Virus record (IMG/VR): IMGVR_UViG_3300028591_000091 | DNA length: 64,000 bases | Strand: one strand, 5' to 3' | Source of the DNA: an uncultured virus (IMG/VR IMGVR_UViG_3300028591_000091) | Lineage: Duplodnaviria > Heunggongvirae > Uroviricota > Caudoviricetes | Part shown: positions 29,770 through 40,505 of the stretch, in pieces | Layout of the letters: each line of letters opens with the position of its first letter | Numbering within the stretch: the first letter of the stretch is position 1 | The notes under the pieces: generated by a model | Databases searched by the model: none | Told to the model about the DNA's origin: nothing | The model's input: only the letters and a program-made list of their open reading frames with translations | Position numbers and translations under genes: made by a program

Positions 29770-31868
29770 ATGAAAATAGTAAAAGAAAAATATAAATTAA
29801 TACTAGAAGAGCCTGGAAAAGAAATAAGGACTCTTACTCAAGGGACCAAAAAAGAATGTGAAAAGAAAAAATTAGAATTTAGTTTTTCTTATAATTCGGA
29901 ATGGCTAAGAGTAGAAGAGGATGAACCAGAAATAAAAGAGGTTAAGACTACTTTGAAAGGAATTTTAGAGTTTTTAGCAGTTTGTAGTTTAACCTATTTA
30001 TGTTGGATTGGTGGAAAGAAAATTTATATTACTGATTGAGAATGATAACAAGAAAGGACGATTTTGTTATCGAGGATTAGGAACAGCTGATCAAATAAGA
30101 GGTGATATTAATAAGTTGACCAATAAAGGGGTTGCTCCAAAAGATATGAGTGTTGTTCCTGTTATTGGTTCAAGAGTTAGTGTTAAAAATATTCTGATAG
30201 CTGCTCTAGGAATTAGTTTAACTTGTTGGATAATCTATGAAAATTTATATAAAAGAACTAGGAAAAAACGAAAACATTCAAGTACTTAATACTTCGGGTG
30301 ATAAGTTTTTCATGCCAAGAATCGGAGATAGCATATTAGTTTCTTATACTGTAATTAAAATAGATTGGGTTTCGTTTAGAAGTGGAAACGAATCTGCTAT
30401 ACTCTGGGTTATTAAGAAAGAAAATAATTTTGTAAAGGTTTCAATAATTAAGAAACAGAAATTTGGTTTATGGAAAACTAGGGAACAACAACTCGTAGAA
30501 ACTAAAATCGAAAGAACTCAGTTTTCAGAAGCACTAGTTCCGAGATTAGGAGAATTAATGGAGGTTGAGGGAAAAACCTATAAAGTTCTCTCTATTACAA
30601 AAGTTGGTAGTTTATTCAACTTTAAAGAACTAAAAGTAGCAGTAGAGGAAGTGTAATTATGGGATTTAATGCGTGTTTTTACTAGGAGTATGTGTCACTC
30701 TCGGCTTATGTTTGGTATGTCTGGACAACAAAGAATTTTTTATGAGTTTTGTTTGGATACATATTATTATGATTATACTTATCATAATTTTGGGTTAAAA
30801 CATAAGTTAACTTATCCAGCGGCCTTCTTAAATTGGCCCTGGATTTTTTATTATGGATAATTTAAGAGGAATAATATTTATTCAGAGTACTTATATGTCT
30901 CAAAGACTTTGTTTAGCTTTAGAAGATCCAAATGATACTAAATTAGTACATGTTATAATTTGTAAAGAAAGAAAAATTAATACTCAACTCTTTGTTCATA
31001 AAAGAAAACACATATTAATTTTTAAAAGTTATAATTTTCTAAACATTGAAAAAGTTACTGAATTTATAGGGACTTTAGAAGATGTTACTCCTCGAGTTCC
31101 GGAACCATATATTCAACATATATCTTTGAATAGCCTAAAAAAATTAAACTTAGATTTTTTAAATAATGAAATTCTTCTGGACAAGAACCCCCAAAAGATT
31201 AAAGGCGGCTTATAAGTGTTATCATGATAGATCAGAAGAACTTATTCTATCTTATTTACTTGATGATGAAGTTTTCATATGTCTGAAATCTTATTTAGAT
31301 GAGGAAGGATACCCCAAAACTAATAAACGTTATTCTAAGGTATCTTTTTATAGATGGTCCAAACCTGATAGAAAATTACAAGCTACATTCGATTCTAAGG
31401 AGGATATCTCTATTCAAGAAGAAGGTTTTAAAATTATCTATATTACACAAGACTTTTTAAAACGACTGTGGAATACTTTCTCCAGATATGAAAATATTAT
31501 TAAATATATAAATTATAAATTATTAGGAGATGTTATTGAGGAAGAAAACGGTTAAAATTTATTGGAAAACCAGGATACACAGAGAAGAGAGACTAATTTT
31601 CAAATGCCAAGAAAAATATTACTTTCTTATATCTTTTGGTATATTTGGAAATAAAAGAAGGAAATTCTCTTCAACGGCCTTAATTTCACGTAACGATAAT
31701 AACATAAAAATTTTTCAAGTTGATGAAATTTTAGTAAAGATCGAAAAAGAATCTTACTTACTCATTGATGTTGGGGTGGAAGATTTACAAGAAGTATTAT
31801 CTTTTTATGAAAGATTTCAACCAACTGAATTAAACATAAATGATTTAGAGGATGCTATACTTGATTAG
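29770..31868 (+). CDS. Operon of small hypothetical proteins (29770..30039, 30008..30289, 30237..30656, 30669..30860, 30853..31215, 31166..31555, 31530..31868)
   Basis: Overlapping same-strand ORFs; the first two have C-terminal TM segments. Confidence 0.6.
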
Positions 31869-32343
31869 AAGTTTTACAAGAACGGGGTCATTTTTAAAAG
31901 TCGGCTATTCTGGAGATATAGAAAAAAGAATGAAACAATATCTAGTAGAAAACCCAGGAAGAGAGTTAGTAGGGACGCGCGAAGGAGATCTAACGGAGGA
32001 AACAAGAATGCACCTTTATCTTACGGCGTGTGGATTTAAAGCTGGATTTTTGGAGGAGTGGTTTATAGATTGTCCAGAAGTTATTACAGGTTTTCATCAA
32101 TCTCGTTCTAAGGTTGATAAGGTAGTGTGGAATAATAGAGAAAAACTATTTACTACCTTTGATTTTTCACGCCGTTCTTTTAAGGTGCAAATATATGAAG
32201 AACTCCGTTTTAAATTTCGCGCGAGTAATCTAAATCTTTTATCTATAGACAGAGAATGGAGAGTGTGGAATCAAAGGAGAGATCAGAAAGCAAGATTGAG
32301 TCTGGTAGAAGAAGGATATCTGGAGTATGATAATAGGTTTTGA
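31852..32343 (+). CDS. GIY-YIG-like (T5orf172/MUG113-type) nuclease-domain protein
   Basis: LYLI...LKVGYS.DIEKR...Y...NP...E..MH....EWF. Confidence 0.7.
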   Translation: MLYLIRSFTRTGSFLKVGYSGDIEKRMKQYLVENPGRELVGTREGDLTEETRMHLYLTACGFKAGFLEEWFIDCPEVITGFHQSRSKVDKVVWNNREKLFTTFDFSRRSFKVQIYEELRFKFRASNLNLLSIDREWRVWNQRRDQKARLSLVEEGYLEYDNRF

Positions 32344-32526
32344 ATGTTTGGAAAAGACTTGGAGATATTCTATTTATAATATGTATAGTCGGGTTGGAAA
32401 TAAAAAATTTAGAAATAATTTTACCAATAAAACCTCTATTGTTTTTCCAGATTTACTGTGGAGAATATTAAAAATAAAAAACTAAAAGAGCTAGAAAATC
32501 TTTAATAGAAATCCTAGCTCTTATTT

Positions 32527-32874
32527 TTATTTCACCTCAATCTTTCTTTGGCCTTCTTTACTCTTTGGAATTGTAATCTTCAAGATGCCATTTTCAACTT
32601 TAGCCTCTATACCCTCGATGTCAACTCCAGAAGGCAGTTGAAGTCTAGTATCAAAACAATCTCTCCAAAATTCATGTCTACTAAACTTCTCTTCTTTCTC
32701 CTTTTCTCTATCCCCAGCTTTAATCCATAAAATATCTTCACCCTTATATTCCAGATTAATATCCTCTTTCGTTAGTCCTGTTGCTCTAAATTCAACTTCC
32801 CAAGCATTCTCTTCATCCTTAACATTCATTGGGTGATTTTCTGTCAATCCATAATAAAAATTATTTAAAAACAT
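32527..32874 (-). CDS. Small heat-shock protein (Hsp20/alpha-crystallin)
   Basis: MNVKDE..W.VE...GL.KEDI; F...L.LP..VD...I.AK.ENGILKITIPK. Confidence 0.93.
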   Translation of the reverse strand: MFLNNFYYGLTENHPMNVKDEENAWEVEFRATGLTKEDINLEYKGEDILWIKAGDREKEKEEKFSRHEFWRDCFDTRLQLPSGVDIEGIEAKVENGILKITIPKSKEGQRKIEVK

Positions 32875-32942
32875 AATATTAAATTTTAGTGTTTTACGTA
32901 GTCCTTCATTGTCCAGACCTATCTCATTCTATTATAGAATAT

Positions 32943-32957
32943 GCAATATTTATGCCA
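32943..32957 (-). promoter_or_regulatory. Sigma54-type -24/-12 promoter upstream of hsp20
   Basis: Minus strand TGGCATAAATATTGC = GG-N10-GC. Confidence 0.55.
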
Positions 32958-32991
32958 AAATAAAAATAAGACAAAACGACAGAATCTATGC

Positions 32992-33330
32992 TTATTTTCT
33001 GTCACAATGTCTTAGTTCTTCTATTAAGACTTTTACTAAGTTCTCATCTTGATTTAGGAAGGTTAACCAGGAATCAATAAGAAGATCTTTATAAGTGCTA
33101 TATTTATCTGGCAAATTGTTTATAAAGGGTAAATCTTTTATAATACCCTTATAATTATTTTTATATATGTTTAAATTTTTTGCTATCTCTTCTGCTCCAT
33201 CCCAGATCCAATAAAAGTCTCCACTACGCATACTCCATCGTAAAAAATCATTTACCAAGAAATAATGATTTTCCCCTAATGGATTATAACATTTATAAAT
33301 TTTCTTTAATAACTTAAATGTAACTTTCAT
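32992..33330 (-). CDS. Hypothetical protein
   Basis: ORF a few nt after CTTATATTTG. Confidence 0.7.
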   Translation of the reverse strand: MKVTFKLLKKIYKCYNPLGENHYFLVNDFLRWSMRSGDFYWIWDGAEEIAKNLNIYKNNYKGIIKDLPFINNLPDKYSTYKDLLIDSWLTFLNQDENLVKVLIEELRHCDRK

Positions 33331-33409
33331 TACAAATATAAGTCCTTTAAGTCTTTCCCTCTAATTTCCTTTAAACGCCTTATATATAGAATAAACACAA
33401 TGAATAATT

Positions 33410-33937
33410 ATGGAAAAATTTTTAGGAGCAGGAATAATGCTTAGTTTAGTTTGGTTTATTGTGTTATCCCTATTTGTATGGGAATTACCAAAACCAAAAT
33501 ATGTAACAAATATTGAAGAAGAGATGTGGGTAGTAGATATAGAAAAGCCTGTTGAAGATCCTATTATTAAAGAAGAATTTATAGTAAATGGGTTAGATAA
33601 AGTAACAGTAACTTTTTATAATCCTGTAGCTGGACAGTGTAATTCTTCTCCATTAATAACTGCTGATAATTCAAAAATTGATCTCGATGAATTAAAGCGA
33701 GGAAACCTTAAGTGGGTTGCTGTATCTCGTGATCTTTTGAAAAGTGGAAAAATAAAATATGGGGAAAAAATTAGAGTGACATGCAAAGAAGATTCAACCC
33801 TAAATGGAGTTTATACTGTTCATGATACAATGCATTCGAGGTGGATAAAAAAGATAGATATACTAGCACATCAAGAAACTCGATCAACGGGAAAATATAG
33901 TAACGTTGAAATTGAATACCTAGGAGAAGAAGGATAA
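33410..33937 (+). CDS. Membrane-anchored 3D-domain (MltA/RlpA-like) protein
   Basis: VTFYNP..GQC...PLITAD, VAVSRDLL, YG, VHDTM, IDIL. Confidence 0.8.
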   Translation: MEKFLGAGIMLSLVWFIVLSLFVWELPKPKYVTNIEEEMWVVDIEKPVEDPIIKEEFIVNGLDKVTVTFYNPVAGQCNSSPLITADNSKIDLDELKRGNLKWVAVSRDLLKSGKIKYGEKIRVTCKEDSTLNGVYTVHDTMHSRWIKKIDILAHQETRSTGKYSNVEIEYLGEEG

Positions 33938-33968
33938 TTTCTCCTGGGTTTATTTTCCTTATATGTAG

Positions 33969-34379
33969 ATGAAGATATTTTCAACAATAAAGAAGTATAT
34001 AATAGCACCAATAAGAGCTTGGAGAGAAAGAAAGAAACAGAAAAAAGAGGCAGAAAAAATTTTTCATTGGTATAATGATCTTTTAACTGAGATTAATCAT
34101 AGAAAAATTATGATTATAGAATTTGAAGAATATTTATATCTGCTCCCTTCATCAACAAAAGAAAACAATGAATCTTTCAATTATTGTAAATTAATAACAA
34201 CATTTTTGAAAGAATTTTATATTGATCTTTTTTGGGCTATAGCTAAAGATAATAATTATAATCAAATAATAAGCTTTTATAAAAAGAAAAAATATAAAAA
34301 AGTAATCCTGGCTGAGAAAATTTTTAGAGAAAACAACAATGCATTTAAAAAATATTTTTTAAAATATTTTAAAAATTAA
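33969..34379 (+). CDS. Hypothetical protein
   Basis: ATG immediately after promoter motif. Confidence 0.7.
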   Translation: MKIFSTIKKYIIAPIRAWRERKKQKKEAEKIFHWYNDLLTEINHRKIMIIEFEEYLYLLPSSTKENNESFNYCKLITTFLKEFYIDLFWAIAKDNNYNQIISFYKKKKYKKVILAEKIFRENNNAFKKYFLKYFKN

Positions 34380-34432
34380 ATAGATAAAACCAATAAAGGT
34401 AATATCTATTTTTATTTTGTCTCGAGGAAAAC

Positions 34433-35342
34433 TTAAGCCATATTCTCCCCAACTTCAGATTGCAAATGATCCTGCAAATATATGGATGTATCAAAACGCT
34501 CACAAGTCCTCAGTGATTTGACTACCGAAGTATATCCCAAGTATTTGATCATTAACGCATACACACAGAATTCAATTTTCCCCAATTGAACTTTTGGCTT
34601 AATCCCACAACTAAAGACCAACGCCATAACCCTCGATTTCACATTTTCAATCTGCGCCTCTTCTTTCCGCTTTTCATTCTCTAACATTACCCGAGACGTC
34701 AGTAATGTATTAGACATTTTTAATTTTGTCTAAATAATTTTCATTAAACTTCATTATATTTATAAGGATTTTAGGCTTAAATTTTTACTGTTTTTATAAG
34801 TATCTCTTGATTAATCTCCTCAATTGAATTTATTCTTAAATTATCCTGAATTATGCCTCCAATTCCAAGAAAAGGACCACCAGAAGGATCTACCGCCCAT
34901 ATACTTCCATCGTCCTCCAAAATAAGTCTCATATGTTTTAGTGCCTCAGGATTTTTTGATATTAATTTCCACACTCCACCCTCAATTTCCTCTAACCATA
35001 TCTCCTCTCGATATCTATTGTAAAGTTTTATCTTATTCATATATTCCACTGAATTATTAGATTTTTAAATTCTTTATCTGTTAATTTTATATATTGCTCC
35101 TTTTCCCTCTTTGACAAAAAACACCAAGTTTTATTGACACTGATTACTTGCTTTGGGTAAGAAGGAAACATTAATGCTTTTTTTAATCTATCTCTTTTAT
35201 TAGATACTTTTTTTCTAATAATATTTATACATATCATTTTAGATATGGGTTTAGTAAATCCAGGTTGCCATCTTAGATCTCCAGTATCTATATAAAATTC
35301 ATATTTCACATTTCTACACCATCTCCAGTAAATTTTCACCAC
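34433..35342 (-). CDS. Three small hypothetical proteins (34433..34717, 34777..35049, 35037..35342)
   Basis: ORFs with promoter motifs at ~34760 and ~35345. Confidence 0.65.
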
Positions 35343-35389
35343 ATAAATAAGGTCTTGAATACCTTATATATGTGAATAAAACATAAACC

Positions 35390-35746
35390 ATGAAAACGAA
35401 AAATTTAATTATTGGTGGAACATTATTAATGAGTGTTGCTGGATTATGTTTTTGGTATAATAGAAAAAGAGGACAATTAGAAAAGCCTATATCTAGAAAA
35501 CCAGAAACTCCAGAAGAACTTTTTAAAGAAATTGTAAAAAATTTATTGATAGAAAATTCTTGGAAAAATGAACGAGATTTTTTATCGAAACTCTCTCATG
35601 AATATATAAAAGAAGCACCAGATTATTCGTGGATTGTTTATCTTCCTATCTGTCAATCCGATTTAATGAATAAATTGAAGAGTGAAGGTATCCTTAGTGA
35701 ATTTGAAAAAAACTTAGAAAAGCGATATCAAAGAAAACATTCATAA
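35390..35746 (+). CDS. Hypothetical protein with N-terminal TM anchor
   Basis: LIIGGTLLMSVAGLCFWY followed by basic residues. Confidence 0.7.
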   Translation: MKTKNLIIGGTLLMSVAGLCFWYNRKRGQLEKPISRKPETPEELFKEIVKNLLIENSWKNERDFLSKLSHEYIKEAPDYSWIVYLPICQSDLMNKLKSEGILSEFEKNLEKRYQRKHS

Positions 35747-36069
35747 AGTTTGGGGACATATATTATATAGTTAGGAATAAAACTTGAAAACTAATAACTA
35801 GAGAAGTAAAAAAGGAAGCTATCAATTATTATGCATATGAACCTGTGACTTTCGGATGTATAACAATAGGAGAGGATGAAAATTTTAAAGGAGAGAGAGA
35901 AAAAAGAAGACTAGACCTTTTAAAGAAGGCCTAATCTTCGCTGTTTTTTTTACTCCGTATATTTTTATTACTGGGAGAAATTTAAGAGAGTAAAAAATGT
36001 GAAACAAAAATTTCTCTCTTTATTGTTACTCCCAGAATTTATTACGGAGTATTTCTAAACAGCGGAAAT

Positions 36070-36550
36070 AAAAAAAATTCATTCTGTGATTCCCTCCTTA
36101 ATAAATCAGAAACGAATTTCTAAGTTTTCAGGTGGGCAGAACATACCATTACTAATCATACCTTGTTTTACATATACCCTAATAAAAGAATATAGCTACA
36201 CAACAATATAAGTTTCACAGCTCAGGATTTAGCTTCTTAACTTTAGTAGTACCTAGACGACCGAACCACGATGAGGTACCTGAGATAACCCGGTCGATAG
36301 TAGTAGGGTGTTGGAATTTTATTTAATCGTCTTAATATAATTAATTTCCTTTAATCATTATCTAAATTATAACTACCGTCGATTGTTGAACCTGAGATAC
36401 GCACCTGAGAATTATAGGAATCTTCTACGTATATAATATAAATTTAACTCATAATCTTAACTAATTTATATTTATTCTAAATTCCTCAAGTAATTTATAA
36501 TTAATCTATTTATTTATAATAATATATCACATAGTTTTGGCCAACTACCC
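36070..36550 (-). ncRNA. Candidate ~480-nt non-coding RNA
   Basis: Promoter nearly identical to the tRNA-operon promoter at 36551-36572; terminator-like hairpin + U-run at ~36070-36120; no long ORF. Confidence 0.45.
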
Positions 36551-36640
36551 CACATTATTAAGGATTTAAGGGCTTTCTATTTCGCGGAGTTTATAGGACA
36601 AAAACCTTATTTATGTATTATAATTAAATAATTTAAAGTT

Positions 36641-37030
36641 ATGTATCTAGTTAAATATAAATTTGAAGTAACAAATTTAGAAAGGACTGTTAAATTTGGT
36701 TGTCTTGAGCTAATGGATGAATCTGATAAACAATATGCACTTAACTATATAGAAGAATATTATCCTATGGTTGATTGCGTAACTGCTTATGTCGGAGAAG
36801 GAGAAGAATCTGGAGAAGTTCCCGTTTATTTGGATGATATAAGAGAAGCAATAGAAGAGGCCAAAGAAATAAGCGATGAAGACAGTGAAGCTTTCAAGAG
36901 AATGTTTGAAGGCACTACTTATGGGGAGATAACCTGGGATTATATAGAAGATCGCATTTTTGATGAAGCAGAAGAGTATGATGAAGATGAAGAAGACGAG
37001 TGGGAGGCTGCAGCAAGAGAATGTTCCTAA
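36641..37030 (+). CDS. Highly acidic hypothetical protein
   Basis: Asp/Glu-rich; promoter motif at ~36605. Confidence 0.75.
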   Translation: MYLVKYKFEVTNLERTVKFGCLELMDESDKQYALNYIEEYYPMVDCVTAYVGEGEESGEVPVYLDDIREAIEEAKEISDEDSEAFKRMFEGTTYGEITWDYIEDRIFDEAEEYDEDEEDEWEAAARECS

Positions 37031-37798
37031 TATTATATATTGTAGTAGGGTGGGTTTGGCAATTTCCACAAACTCTCTTAGGATGGATTATTTATAAAAC
37101 AATAAAGAATCCTGTTGTTCATATAGGATCTGCAGGTTTTAAATTTATATTAATACGAAATGAAAATTTTCCACCGATCTGTTTAGGAGAATATCTATTT
37201 ACTGGAAATACAAATCTTACCAGATTCTTATATGGAAGAGGAATTTTATCAAGAAAACTAGGACCATTATTTGTTCCATTAGTAAGTATACCCTCTATAT
37301 TATTGTTGGTAATGGGAAAGCCTTGGTATTTAAACTATTGGGGAACTAGAGAAAGTATGAAATATGTTAAGTATTAAGTTAGATATTAAAAAACCTAGAT
37401 TTTGGCAAACTAAGTGGAAAATCAAAAAACCACATTTATGTATTATAGAACTTGATAAAAAAGGTGTATGGTTAAATACTTATTGGTGGGGAGGTAATTG
37501 GAGAGAATCAAATTTCATTGAATTTCTAAATTCTGCAGAAGCTAAAATAAACGAAGAGACGAATATAGATCGCGGAATGAGAAATACAAAAATTATGATT
37601 ATAGGTAGTAAAGGAACTAATTTAAAAATTAAGGGACAAAAGTACACAAAAGAATTTACACACAAAGGTTTATTAGGAAATGATACATCAGATTGGATAT
37701 GTTTTGGAGAAATAACTTTTACAAACATTGGTGTACCTACATTTCATAAAAAGCGTTCCTATATAAATGTTGGAATAAATTTAGAGAAGAGCAATTAA
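37000..37798 (+). CDS. Two hypothetical proteins (37000..37377 membrane-associated; 37364..37798)
   Basis: Overlapping ORFs. Confidence 0.65.
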
Positions 37799-37815
37799 GC
37801 TCTTCTCTCTTGTTT

Positions 37816-38118
37816 TCATAATCTAGAACAAATAAACTCTAGAACATCTACATCAATAACTAATGACCATCCTTTTATTTTTATAGAAGAAGTAATATTA
37901 TTTATATGATGATGATTAACTAATCCTTTCTTTAAGGAATGTTGTTTATCTAAATAATGTATAATAGAGTTAACTCTATGTGACCAGTTATACATAATTT
38001 CCAGACATGTTTTAGAATTAATCTGTTTAATATTAGGAGGAACTCTTACAATTCTTGAATATTCCCTAATATCACCATAAACTGTTCTTATTTTATACCA
38101 AATTTCTATTTTCATCAT
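37816..38118 (-). CDS. Hypothetical protein, probably leaderless
   Basis: ATG at 38118 lies inside the CCTTATATATG motif. Confidence 0.6.
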   Translation of the reverse strand: MMKIEIWYKIRTVYGDIREYSRIVRVPPNIKQINSKTCLEIMYNWSHRVNSIIHYLDKQHSLKKGLVNHHHINNITSSIKIKGWSLVIDVDVLEFICSRL

Positions 38119-38178
38119 ATATAAGGAAAAGAAGAATAAAAAAAATATCCTGCTTTTACACAAGATATTTTTATAGTA

Positions 38179-38492
38179 AAGCTTTCACATATCAGCCTAG
38201 TACAAACTCCTTCTGATAAACTGCAAACCAGAGACTCCTTTCGAAGACAAACTTGATCTAGGATTTTGTAAACTTTGCATCTTTAAGTTCTTATCTTTAA
38301 ACGCAAAACTTCCTAGCATTAGCTCCATTCTGCAATTAAGCTTTGAACTTTTAACTTATAATCTTTGAACTTATAAACTTTAAATGTAGTCCTTAAAGCC
38401 ATAACAACCAAACTTTATTATAAGCTGAAATTTCATTTATAACCCAAAATGAAAGGGGCGTTTTTCTTAGGAGTTTTCGATACAGAAAGCTT
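38179..38492 (-). ncRNA. Candidate structured RNA with periodic AAG repeats
   Basis: Nested closing stems AAGCUUUC/GAAAGCUU, UGUAUC/GAUAUG, AAACUCCU/AGGAGUUU; followed by terminator at ~38140-38172. Confidence 0.65.
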
Positions 38493-38493
38493 G

Positions 38494-39120
38494 TTAATCT
38501 GAAATTTCAATATAGGTAAGTGAGTTAGATTCTGATAATACAAAATCAACCTCTCCTTTAAAATTTTCCAGGAATTTTTCTTCTTCCTCAATCTTTTCTT
38601 CTAACTTCAATGGATCGACCAAAGCTACCGAATATACTTCCTCTATAGATTTCTTGATCTTTGCTTCAAGATCTGCATCTTTATTTCCTGAGGAATTTTG
38701 TTCAGACATAGTTTTTTCTATCCTCTCTCTATTCTTATTTTCAGCAGACTCATACGAAGTTTTTGCTGAACGTAGCTGTAATTTCATTCGAATTAATCTT
38801 GCCTCTCTCAAGCTGATAAGATTTTTCAATTCAATAGCTTCAAGAACAGTCATCTCCTTCCCTGCTACCTTAACCTTAGTTACGAAGTTACTTTGATCAA
38901 TTTTTGTTTTGATCTCAATAATTCTTTTTTCCAGATCTATTAAACTTTGAAAACTTGATAATGCTTGTTTTTCAAAATTTTCTATAGTATAGGAAGAGTG
39001 TGGAACCATCATTTTATTACCTACTGATACTCCCATTAAATCCACTGAACCTACTTCTTTTTCATAACGATTTTTCAGAACTTTTAACTCTGATAATCCT
39101 CTTGTAATTGAAATTTTCAT
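38494..39120 (-). CDS. Coiled-coil hypothetical protein
   Basis: ITRGLSELKVL..R, KIDQSN..T.V...G.EMTVLEAI, LVDPL, F..EVDFVLSESN.LTYI. Confidence 0.85.
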   Translation of the reverse strand: MKISITRGLSELKVLKNRYEKEVGSVDLMGVSVGNKMMVPHSSYTIENFEKQALSSFQSLIDLEKRIIEIKTKIDQSNFVTKVKVAGKEMTVLEAIELKNLISLREARLIRMKLQLRSAKTSYESAENKNRERIEKTMSEQNSSGNKDADLEAKIKKSIEEVYSVALVDPLKLEEKIEEEEKFLENFKGEVDFVLSESNSLTYIEISD

Positions 39121-39538
39121 TACGTTAATTTAATTTTTAGTTGTGTTTCAAAAATAAATGATCTTAGAATTTCACGATTCCAACGTGTTCCTTTATTTGA
39201 ATAAATCAAATAATGTGCTGGCCCATATACACCAAATTCTGATATCATATTTTATAAAGTTTAATTTATTTTATTAAGTAAAATTTATTCTAAAGACCGA
39301 GCTAGAAGCAACTTATCTAGTCTCCCCTTTCTAATAATAGAAAAGTTCTCTATAATACGAATACTCGTACCAAGAGCGATCCCTCCGAATATTTATGTTT
39401 GTTTATTTATTATTTTCTGTTTTTACACAGAAAATTATGTGTGTTTCGAAAACCCCTCCCCTCTAAAAACATGGCAAGTAATCTACATTTTCCATCCAAA
39501 TCAAGGTGCTTTGAGAAGAAGGGGCCTGTTTATTTTTG

Positions 39539-39612
39539 TGGACCCACTTGGGCTTGAACCAAGGACCTCCAGATTATGAGTCTGTTACTCTAACCGGCTG
39601 AGTTATGGGTCC
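39539..39612 (-). tRNA. tRNA with CAT anticodon (Ile2 or elongator Met; not initiator)
   Basis: GGACCCA/TGGGTCC acceptor stem, CTCATAA loop, TTCAAGC T-loop; G1-C72 paired; CCA not encoded. Confidence 0.9.
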
Positions 39613-39648
39613 CAATTTGTGTCGAAATTTTTTTTTATTAATTTATTG

Positions 39649-39721
39649 TGAACCAGAGGAGGATCGAACTCCTGACCCCAACATTAAAAGTGTTGTGCTC
39701 TACCTGCTGAGCTACTGATTC
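39649..39721 (-). tRNA. tRNA-Lys(TTT)
   Basis: GAATCAG/CTGGTTC acceptor, CAACA-CTTTTAA-TGTTG anticodon arm, TTCGATC T-loop. Confidence 0.92.
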
Positions 39722-39877
39722 ATTTTTCTTCATCTCGAAAAGGCTAAGTTTTATTAATTATTATGGCAGACTTCAACTGCCGGAACATGGACATTATTTC
39801 TAACCCACGCAGCGTCCGAATCGATACTGTCTTATAATAACTAACTTAACTTAGCTTTTATTTTGTCTCAAAAATAG

Positions 39878-39960
39878 TGGGCTTAGCGGGATTCGAACCC
39901 GCATGGCCGTCTGGCCAAAAGAGCTTAAATCTTTCGAGTCTACCTTTCCTCCACAAGCCC
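39878..39960 (-). tRNA. tRNA-Leu(TAA)
   Basis: GGGCTTG/TAAGCCC acceptor, AAAGA-TTTAAGC-TCTTT anticodon arm, long variable arm, TTCGAAT. Confidence 0.9.
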
Positions 39961-39967
39961 ACTTTAT

Positions 39968-39990
39968 CACATTATTAAGGATTTGAGGGC
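39968..39990 (-). promoter_or_regulatory. Promoter of the tRNA operon (representative of the genome-wide motif)
   Basis: CCCTCAAATCCTTAATAATGTG a few nt upstream of tRNA-Leu. Confidence 0.65.
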
Positions 39991-40067
39991 TTAAGGTTTT
40001 CTTGTATTTTTTCTCTCCCGCATTCCCTCAAACACCTTATATATGAAATTCTGGTTTAATAAGAAAC

Positions 40068-40505
40068 ATGAAAACAGAAAACGTAGAGATTATTACATCA
40101 CAAGCAAAAATCTTCGGAATAAAAATTTGGTTTTGTAAAGAAAAATTTTATTTAATATTTTATCCAAATGTAATAATTAGTTTTTCTAAAATTAAAAGAA
40201 CTAAAGAAAGACTAATCCGGTTATTAAATAGACACCAAGAATATATTGGAATAGAAACGTATTCATCATATGCTGATAATATAACCGTTTTAAATAGTTA
40301 TTACAAGTGTTATTCCTTTGCTATTTCTTTTAATGTTAGTGATATTGAAAAAGAAATAAAACTTTCGGAAGCAGAAAAAGGTTTCCTTAATTTCTTAAAA
40401 AAGACGAACGAGTTAAGAGAATTACATCATCTCGGAAAAAAATATAGAGGTCCTAGTCAAATGAAATTTAGAGCAAATCATTATCATGGAAAATGTAAAA
40501 AATAA
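40068..40505 (+). CDS. Hypothetical protein
   Basis: ORF after promoter motif at ~40035. Confidence 0.7.
   Translation: MKTENVEIITSQAKIFGIKIWFCKEKFYLIFYPNVIISFSKIKRTKERLIRLLNRHQEYIGIETYSSYADNITVLNSYYKCYSFAISFNVSDIEKEIKLSEAEKGFLNFLKKTNELRELHHLGKKYRGPSQMKFRANHYHGKCKK

Noticed and set aside
38119..38163. N-terminal extension of ORF 37816..38163
   Set aside because: Runs through a terminator hairpin and the promoter; ATG 38118 preferred
39539..39612. Initiator tRNA-fMet to partner the phage Fmt
   Set aside because: The 1-72 pair is Watson-Crick and the anticodon stem lacks the three G-C pairs of initiators
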